A DNA stretch of 63,994 nucleotides, counting the filler, from an uncultured bacterium (GTDB taxonomy: Bacteria; CAYJOG01): assembly GCA_964371695.1 (NCBI GenBank). It is 8 parts of 8 records of this genome, joined end to end, with 100 filler letters (N's around TTAATTAATTAA, not from the genome) between each part and the next. Parts side by side here need not be neighbours in the genome. Positions count along the whole stretch, not along the records: positions 1 to 8,367 come from CAYJOG010000101.1; positions 8,468 to 16,783 come from CAYJOG010000102.1; 6 more parts are not named here. One strand, 5' to 3'. Both the position numbers and the translations under genes were made by a program. Each line of letters begins with the position of its first letter. Position 1 is the first letter of the stretch. Below are positions 1 to 9,776 of this stretch, one piece after another. The notes beneath the pieces were generated by a model. It did not search any database and was not told the origin of the DNA. It was given only the letters and a program-made list of their open reading frames with translations.

Positions 1-1761
1 GTGCATCTGCAAGGGGGCAACAAACTGCTGGCGGATCTGGTGGTGTTCGCCTGCGGCATTGTGCCCCGCGTGGAGCTGGCGCAGGAAAGCGGCATGTTGG
101 TGCGCCGGGGCATTGTGGTGGACGACTTCATGAGCACGTCTGACCCCAACGTGTTTGCGGTGGGCGAATGTGTGGAGCACCGGGGCCGCACCTATGGTCT
201 GGTGGCCCCGCTCTATGAACAGGCCCGCGTGGTGGCCGCCAGCCTGACGGGAGATTTCGGCCCCGCCTACCGGGGCAGCATCACGGCAGCCTCGCTCAAG
301 GTGGCGGGCGTGGACGTGTTCAGCGCGGGCGAAGTGAAGTCGCAAAAACACCACGACGTGATGAAATACGAGGACATGCAGAGCGGCGTCTACAAACGCC
401 TTCTGTTGCGTGAAGGTGTGGTGGTGGGGGCCATGCTGGTGGGCGACCTGAGCGGCGCAAACCATTTTCTGGACCTCATCAAAAACGGCACACGCCTGGG
501 CGAAAGCCGCAAGACCCTTTTGCTGGGCACGTCCGAACAGGTGAAGGACGCCGGCGAGGCGATTCTCTCCCAGCCCGATTCCACCGTGGTGTGCGGCTGC
601 CTGGGGGTGCGCAAAGAGGCGATTGTAGAGGCCATCACCGGGCGGGGCTGCACCACGCTTCAGTCCATCAAAGACGCCACCAAGGCCAGCACCGGCTGTG
701 GCAGTTGCGCCAGTCTGGTAGAGAATCTGCTCAAGGCCCACGCGGGGGCGTCTTATGCCGCCGTGAAAAAAGACGTGCTGTGCGGCTGTTATGACCTCTC
801 GCTCAACCAGCTCCGCACCGTGGCGCTGACACAGAAAATCAAGTCGGTGGATGAACTGGCGGGCATTTACGCCAACAACAGCGATGGCTGCACGGTGTGC
901 AAACCGGCGCTGGCCTTCATGATGGACGAGCTGTGGCTGGGTGAACACGAAGAAAATCGCGCCCACCGTTTCATCAACGACCGCGTACACGCCAACATCC
1001 AGCGCGATGGCACATTCTCGGTGGTGCCCCGCATGAGGGGCGGCGTGACCACGCCCGATGAACTCATGCGCATCGCCCAGACCGCCATTAAATACAACGT
1101 GCCCATGGTCAAGGTGACCGGATCACAGCGCATTGACCTGCTGGGTGTGAAAAAAGAGGACCTGCCAAAGATATGGGAAGAAATCGGCATGCCCAGCGGC
1201 CACGCCTATGCCAAGGCGGTGCGCATGGTGAAGACCTGCGTGGGCTCACGCTTTTGCAGATACGGCACACAGGACGCCATCGCCACCGGCATTGAACTGG
1301 AACAACGCCTGGAAAATCTTTACACCCCCGCCAAGGTGAAACTGGCGGTGGTGGGCTGCCCCCGCAACTGCGCCGAGGCCACCGTGAAGGACATCGGTCT
1401 GGTGGGCGTGGAAGGCGGCTGGCAGGTGGTGATTGGCGGCGCGGCGGGCAAGTCGGTGCGCAAGGCCGATGAGTTGTGTTTCTCCCGCACCGAAGAAGAA
1501 GCCTTTGACGCCGCCCTGCTGTTCTTTCAGTTCTACCGTGAAAACGGTGAATACCTGGAGCGCACCTATGACTTTGTGGAGCGCCTGGGCCTGGCGCGCA
1601 TCAAGGCCGAAACCGTGGACGCGCCGGATGAAATCAAACAACGCCTGCGCGATCGATTGGCCAAGAGCAAATCCAAAAGCGCTGACCCGTGGATGGAGCG
1701 CCGGGAACCCAAAACACAAAAACAGTTTGAAGAACTCACTGCGGAGGTGATGACGCCATGA
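1..1761 (+). CDS. nirB: NAD(P)H-dependent nitrite reductase large subunit (5' truncated by window)
   Basis: FAD domain end (TSDPNVFAVGEC), two BFD-like [2Fe-2S] motifs (CGC...GCGSC; CGC...GCTVC), ANIQRDGTFSVVPRMRGG, siroheme/4Fe-4S motifs KTCVGSRFC and GCPRNC. Confidence 0.95.
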   Translation: MHLQGGNKLLADLVVFACGIVPRVELAQESGMLVRRGIVVDDFMSTSDPNVFAVGECVEHRGRTYGLVAPLYEQARVVAASLTGDFGPAYRGSITAASLKVAGVDVFSAGEVKSQKHHDVMKYEDMQSGVYKRLLLREGVVVGAMLVGDLSGANHFLDLIKNGTRLGESRKTLLLGTSEQVKDAGEAILSQPDSTVVCGCLGVRKEAIVEAITGRGCTTLQSIKDATKASTGCGSCASLVENLLKAHAGASYAAVKKDVLCGCYDLSLNQLRTVALTQKIKSVDELAGIYANNSDGCTVCKPALAFMMDELWLGEHEENRAHRFINDRVHANIQRDGTFSVVPRMRGGVTTPDELMRIAQTAIKYNVPMVKVTGSQRIDLLGVKKEDLPKIWEEIGMPSGHAYAKAVRMVKTCVGSRFCRYGTQDAIATGIELEQRLENLYTPAKVKLAVVGCPRNCAEATVKDIGLVGVEGGWQVVIGGAAGKSVRKADELCFSRTEEEAFDAALLFFQFYRENGEYLERTYDFVERLGLARIKAETVDAPDEIKQRLRDRLAKSKSKSADPWMERREPKTQKQFEELTAEVMTP

Positions 1762-2102
1762 CCAATGGAACACTCGAAAAAGACACCGTGCTGGTGCGCC
1801 TTGCACACATATCAGACGTGCCCCTGGGCGAAGGCCGGGCTGTGCGGGCAGGGCGCACGAGAATCGCTCTGTTCCACACCCGCGAAGGTTTCCGGGCCAT
1901 TCAGAACGACTGCCCACACAAGGGCGGGCCACTGGCAGATGGCATCCTGACCGGCTGCAAGGTGTATTGCCCATTGCACAATCAGGCTTTTGACCTGCTG
2001 AGCGGCAAGGGCGACGAAGGGGCCACCATGGACGTTACGGTTTATCCCATTGAAGAATCCGATGGTTACCTTTTTATCCACATTGCAAAAGAGGAAATTT
2101 AA
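1758..2102 (+). CDS. nirD: Nitrite reductase small subunit (Rieske domain)
   Basis: Rieske motifs CPHKGG and CPLH; ATGA overlap with nirB stop. Confidence 0.9.
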   Translation: MTNGTLEKDTVLVRLAHISDVPLGEGRAVRAGRTRIALFHTREGFRAIQNDCPHKGGPLADGILTGCKVYCPLHNQAFDLLSGKGDEGATMDVTVYPIEESDGYLFIHIAKEEI

Positions 2103-2308
2103 CGCCACTTCCACACCACGAACCCCAAAAGGTTTCCTGACCCCCAAAGGAGCGGGCCGGGTACGCCAATCCCCAAAAGGAGCGCTGGCATGACCCATTC
2201 CCCACCCTTTTCCCTCTCCCGTTAAGACAGCCCAACTGCGGCACCGTCGGATGTTTCCACCTGTCCGTCGAAAAGTCTTTCTCGGCCTGCATAAGAAAGG
2301 AGCCTTTT

Positions 2309-3646
2309 ATGCAAAATCAATCCAAATCCACACGCATCAACCTGTTTGATTTTCGCAGCCCCCAGATGAGGGCGTTTCACCTGACATGGTTTGCCTTTTT
2401 TCTGTGCTTCTTCGGCTGGTTCGGCATTGCCCCGCTCACGGCGGTGGTGCGCGACGAATTCCAGCTTTCCAAAACCCAGCTCGGCAACATCATGATCGCC
2501 TCGGTGGGGGCCACCATCTTCGCCCGCCTGTTTGTGGGCTGGCTGCTCGACCGCATCGGCCCCCGGCTCACCTACACCGGACTGCTGCTGCTGGGCGCGC
2601 TGCCGGTGATGGGCATCGGCCTGGCCAATTCCTATGAGACGTTTCTCATTGGCCGCCTGCTGATTGGTCTTATCGGCGCATCGTTTGTCATCACCCAATA
2701 TCACACCACTGCCATGTTCGCACCCAACGTGGTGGGGGCGGCCAACGCCACCACCGCCGGCTGGGGCAACATGGGCGGCGGCGTCACCCAGATGGCCATG
2801 CCAGCGATTTTTGGCGGCATCATGGCCCTGGGGGCAAGCCAGTTTCTGGCGTGGCGGCTCGCCATGGTGGTGCCCGGCGCGCTCATGCTGCTGACCGGCG
2901 TCGCCTATTACTTCCTCACCCAGGACACACCCGAAGGCAACTTCGCGGAACTCAAAAAACAGGGCAAACTCCACGAAGGCGGCAAAACAAAAGGAGCGTT
3001 CATGCTGGCCCTGAAAGACCCCCGCGTGTGGGCGCTGTTGTGGCTTTATGGCGCGTGTTTTGGCGTGGAGCTGATCATCCACAACATGGCCGCGCTTTAT
3101 TTCAAGGACAACTTCAACCTGCCCCTGGGCACGGCTGGCATGCTGGCGGGCCTGTTGGGCCTGATGGCCATTTTCGCCCGCACACTGGGAGGCTACCTGA
3201 GCGACCGCGTGAATCTGCGATGGGGCCTGAAAGCCCGCCCGATGTTCCTTGGCGTGGTGATTTTGATGGAAGGCCTGTTTCTGCTTCTGTTCGGCAGCAC
3301 GCAGGTGCTGCCCGTGGCGGTGCTGTCTCTGGTGATGTTTGGTCTTTTTGTCCACATGTCCACCGGGGCCACCTATGCGGTCACGCCCTACATCAATCCC
3401 AAAGCCATGGGTCCGGTGGCGGGTCTGGTGGGCGCAGGCGGAAACCTGGGGGCCGTGCTGGGGGGGTTTCTCTTCAGGATGGAAAACATTTCCCAACCTC
3501 AGGCATTGAGCATTCTGGGGGTGCTGGTGATGGTCAGTTCCGTCACCGCCCTCATGGTGCGCTTCAGCGAAGCGGACATCCGCGCCGCCGATGGCGAACT
3601 GGAAAAACTGCTGGCGGCCCGGGCAGAACTCAGCCTGGCCTCCTGA
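2309..3646 (+). CDS. narK: MFS nitrate/nitrite transporter (NarK/NasA type)
   Basis: Multiple TM helices, nitrate signatures AGWGNMGGG and GLVGAGGNLG; AAGGAG RBS; follows nirBD. Confidence 0.9.
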   Translation: MQNQSKSTRINLFDFRSPQMRAFHLTWFAFFLCFFGWFGIAPLTAVVRDEFQLSKTQLGNIMIASVGATIFARLFVGWLLDRIGPRLTYTGLLLLGALPVMGIGLANSYETFLIGRLLIGLIGASFVITQYHTTAMFAPNVVGAANATTAGWGNMGGGVTQMAMPAIFGGIMALGASQFLAWRLAMVVPGALMLLTGVAYYFLTQDTPEGNFAELKKQGKLHEGGKTKGAFMLALKDPRVWALLWLYGACFGVELIIHNMAALYFKDNFNLPLGTAGMLAGLLGLMAIFARTLGGYLSDRVNLRWGLKARPMFLGVVILMEGLFLLLFGSTQVLPVAVLSLVMFGLFVHMSTGATYAVTPYINPKAMGPVAGLVGAGGNLGAVLGGFLFRMENISQPQALSILGVLVMVSSVTALMVRFSEADIRAADGELEKLLAARAELSLAS

Positions 3647-3664
3647 AATTTTTCGTTCTTTCAC

Positions 3665-3692
3665 AACAGGGGCGGTTTTTGCCGCCCCTGTT
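3665..3692. terminator. Probable bidirectional intrinsic terminator
   Basis: AACAGGGGCGG / CCGCCCCTGTT inverted repeat between convergent genes. Confidence 0.7.
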
Positions 3693-4387
3693 TATTTAAG
3701 GTTGTTAATCGCTTGCCGAAAAGCCGATGTGGCCTGATTGACACCTTCAATGCCGTCTGTCATCACCACCGCGCCAATCAGCAGCCCCCGCACACCGGCT
3801 TCTTTCAACAGGGCCACTTCATCGGGACGGATGGCTTTTTGTGTGGGCACAATCACCGGCAGGTCAGTGGCGGCGCAAATTTCCCGATAGGTTTGCAGAT
3901 CTTTTTCATCCAGGGGCTGGCGATAATCGGCCGGGTCCACCACGCTGGCCTCGATGTGCGTGGCCCCCTTTTGTTTGGCCGTTTCAAGGTCTTCAGGTTT
4001 CCAGTGATGATCCAGCGCCCACATCAGCGAAAACCTGTCCGACAGTTCGCCATAGGCCTCCGGCACGTGGGCCAGATACATGTCCAGATAATCAATCCCC
4101 GTTTCCAGACCCACCTCGCGGATTTCCTCCACGCTGGCAAAAGCCTCATCGGTGCCCGGCATCAGCCCCAGGCTGAGGTTGCCGATGGCCCTGCGCACCT
4201 CGCGGATGCGCGTGGACTCGGCCCTTAACCCGTCAAACCGCCTGCCGCTGGCACGGTGCAGCACGTTGGCATGCACCTTCACGCCGTCGGCCCCCGCCAC
4301 GCGGGCCGCCATGGCCAGTTGATACAGATTGTCGGGCAGACTCACGAACAGGCCAAACCGCTGATCAAGCACTTCTCGCAGCGTCAT
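3692..4387 (-). CDS. Conserved hypothetical protein, probable phosphate-binding TIM barrel
   Basis: ATG 1 nt past the upstream ligase stop; GADGVKVH, LPVIVPTQK and GVRGLLIGAVV strand/helix pattern. Confidence 0.6.
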   Translation of the reverse strand: MTLREVLDQRFGLFVSLPDNLYQLAMAARVAGADGVKVHANVLHRASGRRFDGLRAESTRIREVRRAIGNLSLGLMPGTDEAFASVEEIREVGLETGIDYLDMYLAHVPEAYGELSDRFSLMWALDHHWKPEDLETAKQKGATHIEASVVDPADYRQPLDEKDLQTYREICAATDLPVIVPTQKAIRPDEVALLKEAGVRGLLIGAVVMTDGIEGVNQATSAFRQAINNLK

Positions 4388-4388
4388 G

Positions 4389-6212
4389 CTACGCCTCCGC
4401 GCCGTAGAGACTTTCGATGTCGTCAATGAACCGCTCGGTGATGACCTTGCGTTTGAGTTTGAGAGAGGGCGTGATCAGGCCGTTGTCCACCGTGAAGTCA
4501 TCACCCAGGATTTTGAATTTCTTGATGGTTTCAAACCTGGCCAGACCGGCGTTGCGCTCAGCCATGGCGGCCTCCATGGCGGCGTGCAGTTTGGGGTGCT
4601 GCGCCAAGGCGGCCATGTCCAGCCCGCCCAGGCCATGGGCCTTGGCCCAGTCCCCAATGGTGTCGGGGTCCAACGTCACCAGACCCACCAGATAATTCCG
4701 CCGGTCGCCCACCACCATGAAGTTGCCGATGAGCGGATGGGCCTTGAAGTGGTTTTCGATGTTCTGGGGTGCGATGTTCTTGCCCGCGCTGGTGATGATG
4801 AGGTCTTTTTTGCGGTCGGTGATTTTCAGGTAACCCTCGCGGTCCAGCACCCCCACGTCACCGCTGTGAAACCAGCCGTCCTTGTCAATGGCCTCGGCGG
4901 TGGCTTCGGGGTTTTTGTAATACTCCTTCAGGTTGCCCTTGCCGCGAATAAGGATTTCCCCGTCGGCGGCAATTTTGATCTCCACCTCTGGCAAGGGCTT
5001 GCCCACGGTGCCGAATTTGTAGTCCGTGAGGGTGTTGATGGTGGCGGGGGCGCTGGTTTCGGACAGGCCGTAGCCCTCCAGAATCAGAATGTCCATGGCG
5101 TGGAAAAACTCCTGAAGTTCCAGGCTGAGGGGCGCGCCGCCACTGGTGAAAAACCGTACCCGGCCGCCAAACCTGTCCTTGATTTTTTTGAACACCAGTT
5201 TGTCGAACAGCGGAAACAAAAGCGCCACGTGGGGCGGAATGGTTTTTTTCTCGCGGATGGCCTTGCTGCGCTGGCGGCCAATGTCCATGGCCAGTTCAAA
5301 GATTTTTTTCTTGATGGGGCTGCCCTGCTCCACCTGCTGCAGCACCCGCTGATAGGCTTTCTCAAAAATGCGGGGCACACTGGCCAGCACAGTGGGCTTG
5401 ATGATCTGCAAATCATCGATCACCGTGGGAATGGTGGTGAAATAACCCACGCTGCCCATGGCCACACCCAGATATTGCACCATGCGCTGCAAAATATGGC
5501 TCAGCGGCAGAAACGACGTGCTCACGTCGTTTTCCGACAGGCCCACCACCTTGGCGCTCTGGTCGATGACAAACATCATGGCCTCGTGGGTAAGCACCAC
5601 GCCCTTGGGCATGCCGGTGGTGCCGCTGGTGTAAACCAGCGTGAAGAGTTCTTCGGGTTTCACCGCCTGCGCCAGTTTCACGAATGTGTCGGGGTTTTTG
5701 GCGTCAAGCGCCGCGCCCTCTTTGAGCACGTCGGCGTAATTGAAAATGAACTTGCCATCGGCCAGTTTGGTGGGGTTGAAACTGACCACCCACTTCAGCT
5801 CCGGGCATTTGTCTTTTTCGGCCAGCACCTTTTTGATCTGCACGTCGGTTTCGCAGAACACCCCCTGGCTTTCGGAATGTTCCAGAATGTAACCGGCCAC
5901 GTCCGCTGTGAGGTTGGCGTAAATGCCCACCGCAATGGCCCCGAACATGAAACTGGCCACGTCGCACACAAACCACTCCGGGCTGGTTTCTGCAAAGATT
6001 GATATCTTCTGGCCGGGCTTGACGCCTTTCTGGCGCATCCAGGCCCCCACCGCCCGCACCTGCTCGTCCATTTCCTGGCGGGTCACCGACACAAACCGGC
6101 CGTTATCACGGCGGTAATAGGCAATTTTGCCTGGGTTTTCGCTGGTTTTGTCCAGCACCATCTGAGACACAGTGTTCGCCAAGGCTTGCTCCTGAAAATA
6201 GAATTGGCCCAT
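4389..6212 (-). CDS. fadD: Long-chain fatty-acid--CoA ligase
   Basis: AMP-binding YTSGTTGMPKG, EGYGLSET, GWFHSGDVG, ITDRKKDLIITSAGKNIAP. Confidence 0.9.
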   Translation of the reverse strand: MGQFYFQEQALANTVSQMVLDKTSENPGKIAYYRRDNGRFVSVTRQEMDEQVRAVGAWMRQKGVKPGQKISIFAETSPEWFVCDVASFMFGAIAVGIYANLTADVAGYILEHSESQGVFCETDVQIKKVLAEKDKCPELKWVVSFNPTKLADGKFIFNYADVLKEGAALDAKNPDTFVKLAQAVKPEELFTLVYTSGTTGMPKGVVLTHEAMMFVIDQSAKVVGLSENDVSTSFLPLSHILQRMVQYLGVAMGSVGYFTTIPTVIDDLQIIKPTVLASVPRIFEKAYQRVLQQVEQGSPIKKKIFELAMDIGRQRSKAIREKKTIPPHVALLFPLFDKLVFKKIKDRFGGRVRFFTSGGAPLSLELQEFFHAMDILILEGYGLSETSAPATINTLTDYKFGTVGKPLPEVEIKIAADGEILIRGKGNLKEYYKNPEATAEAIDKDGWFHSGDVGVLDREGYLKITDRKKDLIITSAGKNIAPQNIENHFKAHPLIGNFMVVGDRRNYLVGLVTLDPDTIGDWAKAHGLGGLDMAALAQHPKLHAAMEAAMAERNAGLARFETIKKFKILGDDFTVDNGLITPSLKLKRKVITERFIDDIESLYGAEA

Positions 6213-6255
6213 TATGGCGGTTGGCCCAGCCACTGGCGAGGGGCATAATCTGTGG

Positions 6256-7458
6256 ATGGACCACAAGCGCCTTTCCCGATTGGTGGCGGATCACCCCCTG
6301 CCTGCCGCTTTGGTGGACCTGAGGGCCTTTGACCAGAATCTGGAAAGCCTGCTGGCCGTGGCGCGCAAGGCGGGCAAGGCGGTGCGCCTCGCGAGCAAGT
6401 CCGTACGTTGCCGCGACCTCATGCAGCGGGCCATGGACGCGTCGGATGGCCGCATCCACGGTCTGATGACCTACAGCGCCCGCGAGACAGCCTTTTTGTT
6501 CGAGAACGGTTTTGACAATCTGCTGCTGGCCTACCCGCCCGCCACGCCAGCGGATTTTGACACCTTGGCCGCCACCGCCAAAAAAGGCGCACGGCTTTAT
6601 GTGATGACCGACCACCATGATCAGGTAAACGGCCTGTCAGTGGCGGCGCAGCAACACAAAACCGAACTGGCTCTGCTGATTGACGTGGACATGAGCTGGC
6701 GGCCCGTGATGCAGGAGATGGCCCACGTGGGTGTTCGCCGGTCTCCCTTGCGCACCGAAAAAGACGTGTTGCCCCTGGCCCGTTTCATCCACCAACACAA
6801 CCGCCTGCGTTTTGCCGGCATCATGGGTTATGAAGCCCAGGTGGCCGGGCTGGGAGACCGCAATCCGTTTCACAAATCCTTCAATCCGGTCAAACAGGCC
6901 ATTCGCAACCTTTCCATGCCCGACGTAAAACACCGCCGCGGCGCCATTGTGCGCGCCCTGCATAAAGAGGGTCTGGCCTGCGAAGTGATCAACGGCGGCG
7001 GCACAGGCAGCGTGGATTACAGCAGCGCAGACGCCTCACTCACCGAAGTCACCATTGGCAGCGGCCTGCTGGCCGGGCACCTGTTTGACTATTTCCACAA
7101 CGTGTCGTTTCAGCCCAGCCTCATGTTTGCCCTGGCGGTTTCGCGTATTCCTGCCCCGGACATGGTGACTTGCTTTGGCGGGGGATACGTCAGCAGCGGC
7201 GCCGCAGACCCCGACAAACTGCCCGTGCCCCATTTGCCCAAAGGCCTGCGCCTGATGGAAATGGAAGGCGTGGGCGAAGTGCAGACCCCGCTGTTTGTGC
7301 CCCGCGGCATGCATCTGGACATTGGTGAGCCGGTGTTTTTCCGCCCGGCCAAAAGCGGCGAACTGGCAGAGCGCTTCACCCACTATCTGCTGGCAGATGA
7401 AAACGGGAAAACCCAAAGCGTCCCCACCTATCGCGGCGACGGGGTGTGCTTTGGATAA
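6256..7458 (+). CDS. PLP-dependent alanine-racemase-fold enzyme (DSD1 / D-amino acid aldolase-deaminase family)
   Basis: VRLASKSVR (PLP lysine), GIMGYEAQ, NGGGTGS, GEVQTP, RPAKSGE; CATAAT 6 nt upstream of ATG 6256. Confidence 0.85.
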   Translation: MDHKRLSRLVADHPLPAALVDLRAFDQNLESLLAVARKAGKAVRLASKSVRCRDLMQRAMDASDGRIHGLMTYSARETAFLFENGFDNLLLAYPPATPADFDTLAATAKKGARLYVMTDHHDQVNGLSVAAQQHKTELALLIDVDMSWRPVMQEMAHVGVRRSPLRTEKDVLPLARFIHQHNRLRFAGIMGYEAQVAGLGDRNPFHKSFNPVKQAIRNLSMPDVKHRRGAIVRALHKEGLACEVINGGGTGSVDYSSADASLTEVTIGSGLLAGHLFDYFHNVSFQPSLMFALAVSRIPAPDMVTCFGGGYVSSGAADPDKLPVPHLPKGLRLMEMEGVGEVQTPLFVPRGMHLDIGEPVFFRPAKSGELAERFTHYLLADENGKTQSVPTYRGDGVCFG

Positions 7459-7471
7459 ATCAGGAGGCGTC

Positions 7472-7957
7472 ATGCGCGGCAAAACAAAACCCCATAAACA
7501 GCGGCTGGACGCCACCGGCATGACCGGCCTGATTGTGGCCTCACGCTTTAACGGCGACGTGGTGGAGAAACTGGTGGAGGGCGCAGTGAAGGCCTTTCGC
7601 AAAATCGGGGGCAAGGAAATCGGCTTGGTGCGGGTGCCCGGCGCGCTGGAAATCCCTCTGGCGATTGCCGCAGTCCACGATGAAATAGACCTGGATTTCG
7701 CCGTGGCGCTGGGCTGCGTGATACGGGGAGAGACCAGTCACTACGATCTGGTCATCGCCGAATCGCTCAAACACTGCATGGCCTATTCCATGGATTTCAG
7801 CCTGCCCATCGGCCACGGCATTCTCACCGTGGAAAACATGGAACAGGCCCTGGAACGCATCGGCGGCAAGTTTGGCAACAAGGGCGAAGACGCCCTGCTG
7901 GCCGCCGTGGAAATGGCCATGATTCAGCAGGGCGAACTTGTGGAAGTGCTGGAATAG
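7472..7957 (+). CDS. ribH: 6,7-dimethyl-8-ribityllumazine synthase
   Basis: SRFN, VPGALEIP, LGCVIRGETSHYD, GNKGEDA; AGGAGG RBS. Confidence 0.95.
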   Translation: MRGKTKPHKQRLDATGMTGLIVASRFNGDVVEKLVEGAVKAFRKIGGKEIGLVRVPGALEIPLAIAAVHDEIDLDFAVALGCVIRGETSHYDLVIAESLKHCMAYSMDFSLPIGHGILTVENMEQALERIGGKFGNKGEDALLAAVEMAMIQQGELVEVLE

Positions 7958-7969
7958 CCAGCAAAAAAA

Positions 7970-8367
7970 TCACGGCCCGTTTTTGGGAAATCTTTTTCCG
8001 AAATCGGGGTTTTCCTGAATCTGTTTTTCGATCTGGCGTATGAACACGGCGTTCTGGCGGAACACCGGGTTCTCAGGGTTGAGCGACAGCGCCATGTCGA
8101 ACATTTCCTTGGCCTTTGGCACCTGCCGCATGGCCAGATACACCGCCCCCAGGTTGTTGTAGGTCATGGCGTTTTTGTCGTCCAGCGTGAGAGCCTGCTC
8201 GTGCATTTCAAGGGCGGGTTCCAGTTGCCCCATTTTCAGATACACCGTGCCCAGGTTGTCGTAACTGGGGGCGAAATCATTGCGCAGCGCGATGGCCCGG
8301 CGGTAGTAATTCTCGGCCATGCGGTAAAGCTACAAGGTTTCATACACGTGGCCCTGGTTGTGATAGG
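7970..8367 (-). CDS. TPR-repeat protein, 5' truncated; in-frame TAG at 8330-8332
   Basis: Consecutive 34-aa TPR units (YHNQGHVY / YDNLGTVY / YNNLGAVY). Confidence 0.75.
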
Positions 8368-8467
8368 NNNNNNNNNNNNNNNNNNNNNNNNNNNNNNNNN
8401 NNNNNNNNNNNTTAATTAATTAANNNNNNNNNNNNNNNNNNNNNNNNNNNNNNNNNNNNNNNNNNNN
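8368..8467. other. Artificial scaffold linker (N run + TTAATTAATTAA + N run); also at 16784-16883, 25183-25282, 33535-33634, 41862-41961, 50174-50273, 58343-58442
   Basis: Identical 100-nt all-frame-stop spacers; enclosed scaffolds decrease in length. Confidence 0.98.
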
Positions 8468-8478
8468 CACTTCACATG

Positions 8479-8563
8479 AGTAGGCGCGACGCCCCCGTCG
8501 CGCAACAACCAAAGCAAAACAAGGGTTTTTGCCATTCACGGCGACGGGAACGTCGCCGCTACT
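8479..8563. repeat. Inverted pair of GTAG-type REP palindromes
   Basis: GTAGGCGCGACGCCCCCGTCGCGC and, on minus, GTAGCGGCGACGTTCCCGTCGC. Confidence 0.65.
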
Positions 8564-8601
8564 CAGGTAAACCTGAAAGCAATGGGCGTCCCGCCTGCCT
8601 T

Positions 8602-9729
8602 TTATACCTCAGATAAGCCTGACAAAGACCCGCCCCCCGCCTGTGGCGTCAGTCCCTCCACCACCACCACCGGCTGGGCCGCCCTGGCCGCAGCACGTCG
8701 GGGGATGTGCCGATCCGCCCCCACCAGCAAAGAGACAAACGCCTCGCAGGGGGTCCAGCAGCCGGGGCAGCCCTGTCGGGCGATGGTGGCGCGGGCCTGT
8801 TCCCGCTGATAACCCTGCCAGATGGGCGCAAGGGCAAAACCCGTCTGCCGCAGGTGCCCCAGGGGGGTGGCCCAGATGGTGCAGGGATACACCGTGCCGT
8901 CTGCCGACAGAAAAAGGCTGGCCTTGCCCACGCCGCAGGGGGCAGGAGACGGCCCGCCGGGTTGATATTCCCGCGCCAGCCGCCGGTAGGTCCGCTCCAG
9001 CCACGGGCGCGGGCCAAAACCCGGCTGCGGGGGCAGGGCCAGGGCGGGGTTCGTGTCCTGGTGCAGGCGCTGGAGATAACCGTGGTTGTGGTAGTAATGG
9101 TCGGACTCATGCACCAGATTGAAATGCACCTCCGCCGGGCCGATGCCGGTCTGCTTCTGAATCTCGGCCAGGGTCTGGGGAATCAGCGGCGCGTTGGCGG
9201 CGTCCACCGTCATGCCCGGATAAACCGCCACGCCCGCACCCCGCAACTCGCGCAAAAGCGCCACGGCCCGCTCAAAAGAACCCGCCCGCCCCCGGCGCTG
9301 GTCGTGCACCTCCGGCGGGCCATCCACCGACACGCTCATGGCGAAATCAATGCCCCGCTTGCGGCATTCCCGCGCCAGCATCACACCGGTGCGGGCGGCC
9401 TCGTGCCATCGCCAGCCGCTGGTGGGGAAATGAAAAAACCGCAGGCGTTTCAGCGCCAGCCAGGGTTCAAGAATCGCCTCGCCCGCCGGGTGGCTGAACA
9501 GTTCGCCCCCCGTCAGGTTCACCCAGGTGATGCGGGGGTTTTCACGCACAAAGGTCTGAATGTCTTCTACGGACCAGTGGTGCTGCGGCCCGCCGGGAAT
9601 GCCGCACTGCTGGCAATGCAGGGTGCAGCGGCTGGTGAGTTGGGCGGTGATTTTCAGCGGATGACTCAACAGACCCCGCCGGGCCAGGAAAAGGTCCTGC
9701 GCAAACGCCAGTGAACGGCCGGGGGACAT
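8602..9729 (-). CDS. Radical SAM protein with SPASM/twitch domain
   Basis: CTLHCQQC, LTGGE, SVDGPPEVHD, CGVG...DGTVYPC, CPGCWTPC; start uncertain. Confidence 0.88.
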   Translation of the reverse strand: MSPGRSLAFAQDLFLARRGLLSHPLKITAQLTSRCTLHCQQCGIPGGPQHHWSVEDIQTFVRENPRITWVNLTGGELFSHPAGEAILEPWLALKRLRFFHFPTSGWRWHEAARTGVMLARECRKRGIDFAMSVSVDGPPEVHDQRRGRAGSFERAVALLRELRGAGVAVYPGMTVDAANAPLIPQTLAEIQKQTGIGPAEVHFNLVHESDHYYHNHGYLQRLHQDTNPALALPPQPGFGPRPWLERTYRRLAREYQPGGPSPAPCGVGKASLFLSADGTVYPCTIWATPLGHLRQTGFALAPIWQGYQREQARATIARQGCPGCWTPCEAFVSLLVGADRHIPRRAAARAAQPVVVVEGLTPQAGGGSLSGLSEV

Positions 9730-9776
9730 GGGCTGCAAATATGGTACGTCACGGTGGCCGCTTATACTTCGCAGCG

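Noticed and set aside
8330-8332. Genome-wide TAG recoding
   Set aside because: TAG correctly ends several recognisable genes (ribH, oppF-like, flgC, fliQ, grxC); only one internal case, near a scaffold end
8412-8423. Recurrent TTAATTAATTAA palindrome about every 8.3 kb
   Set aside because: Artificial all-frame stop linker inside N runs, not biological
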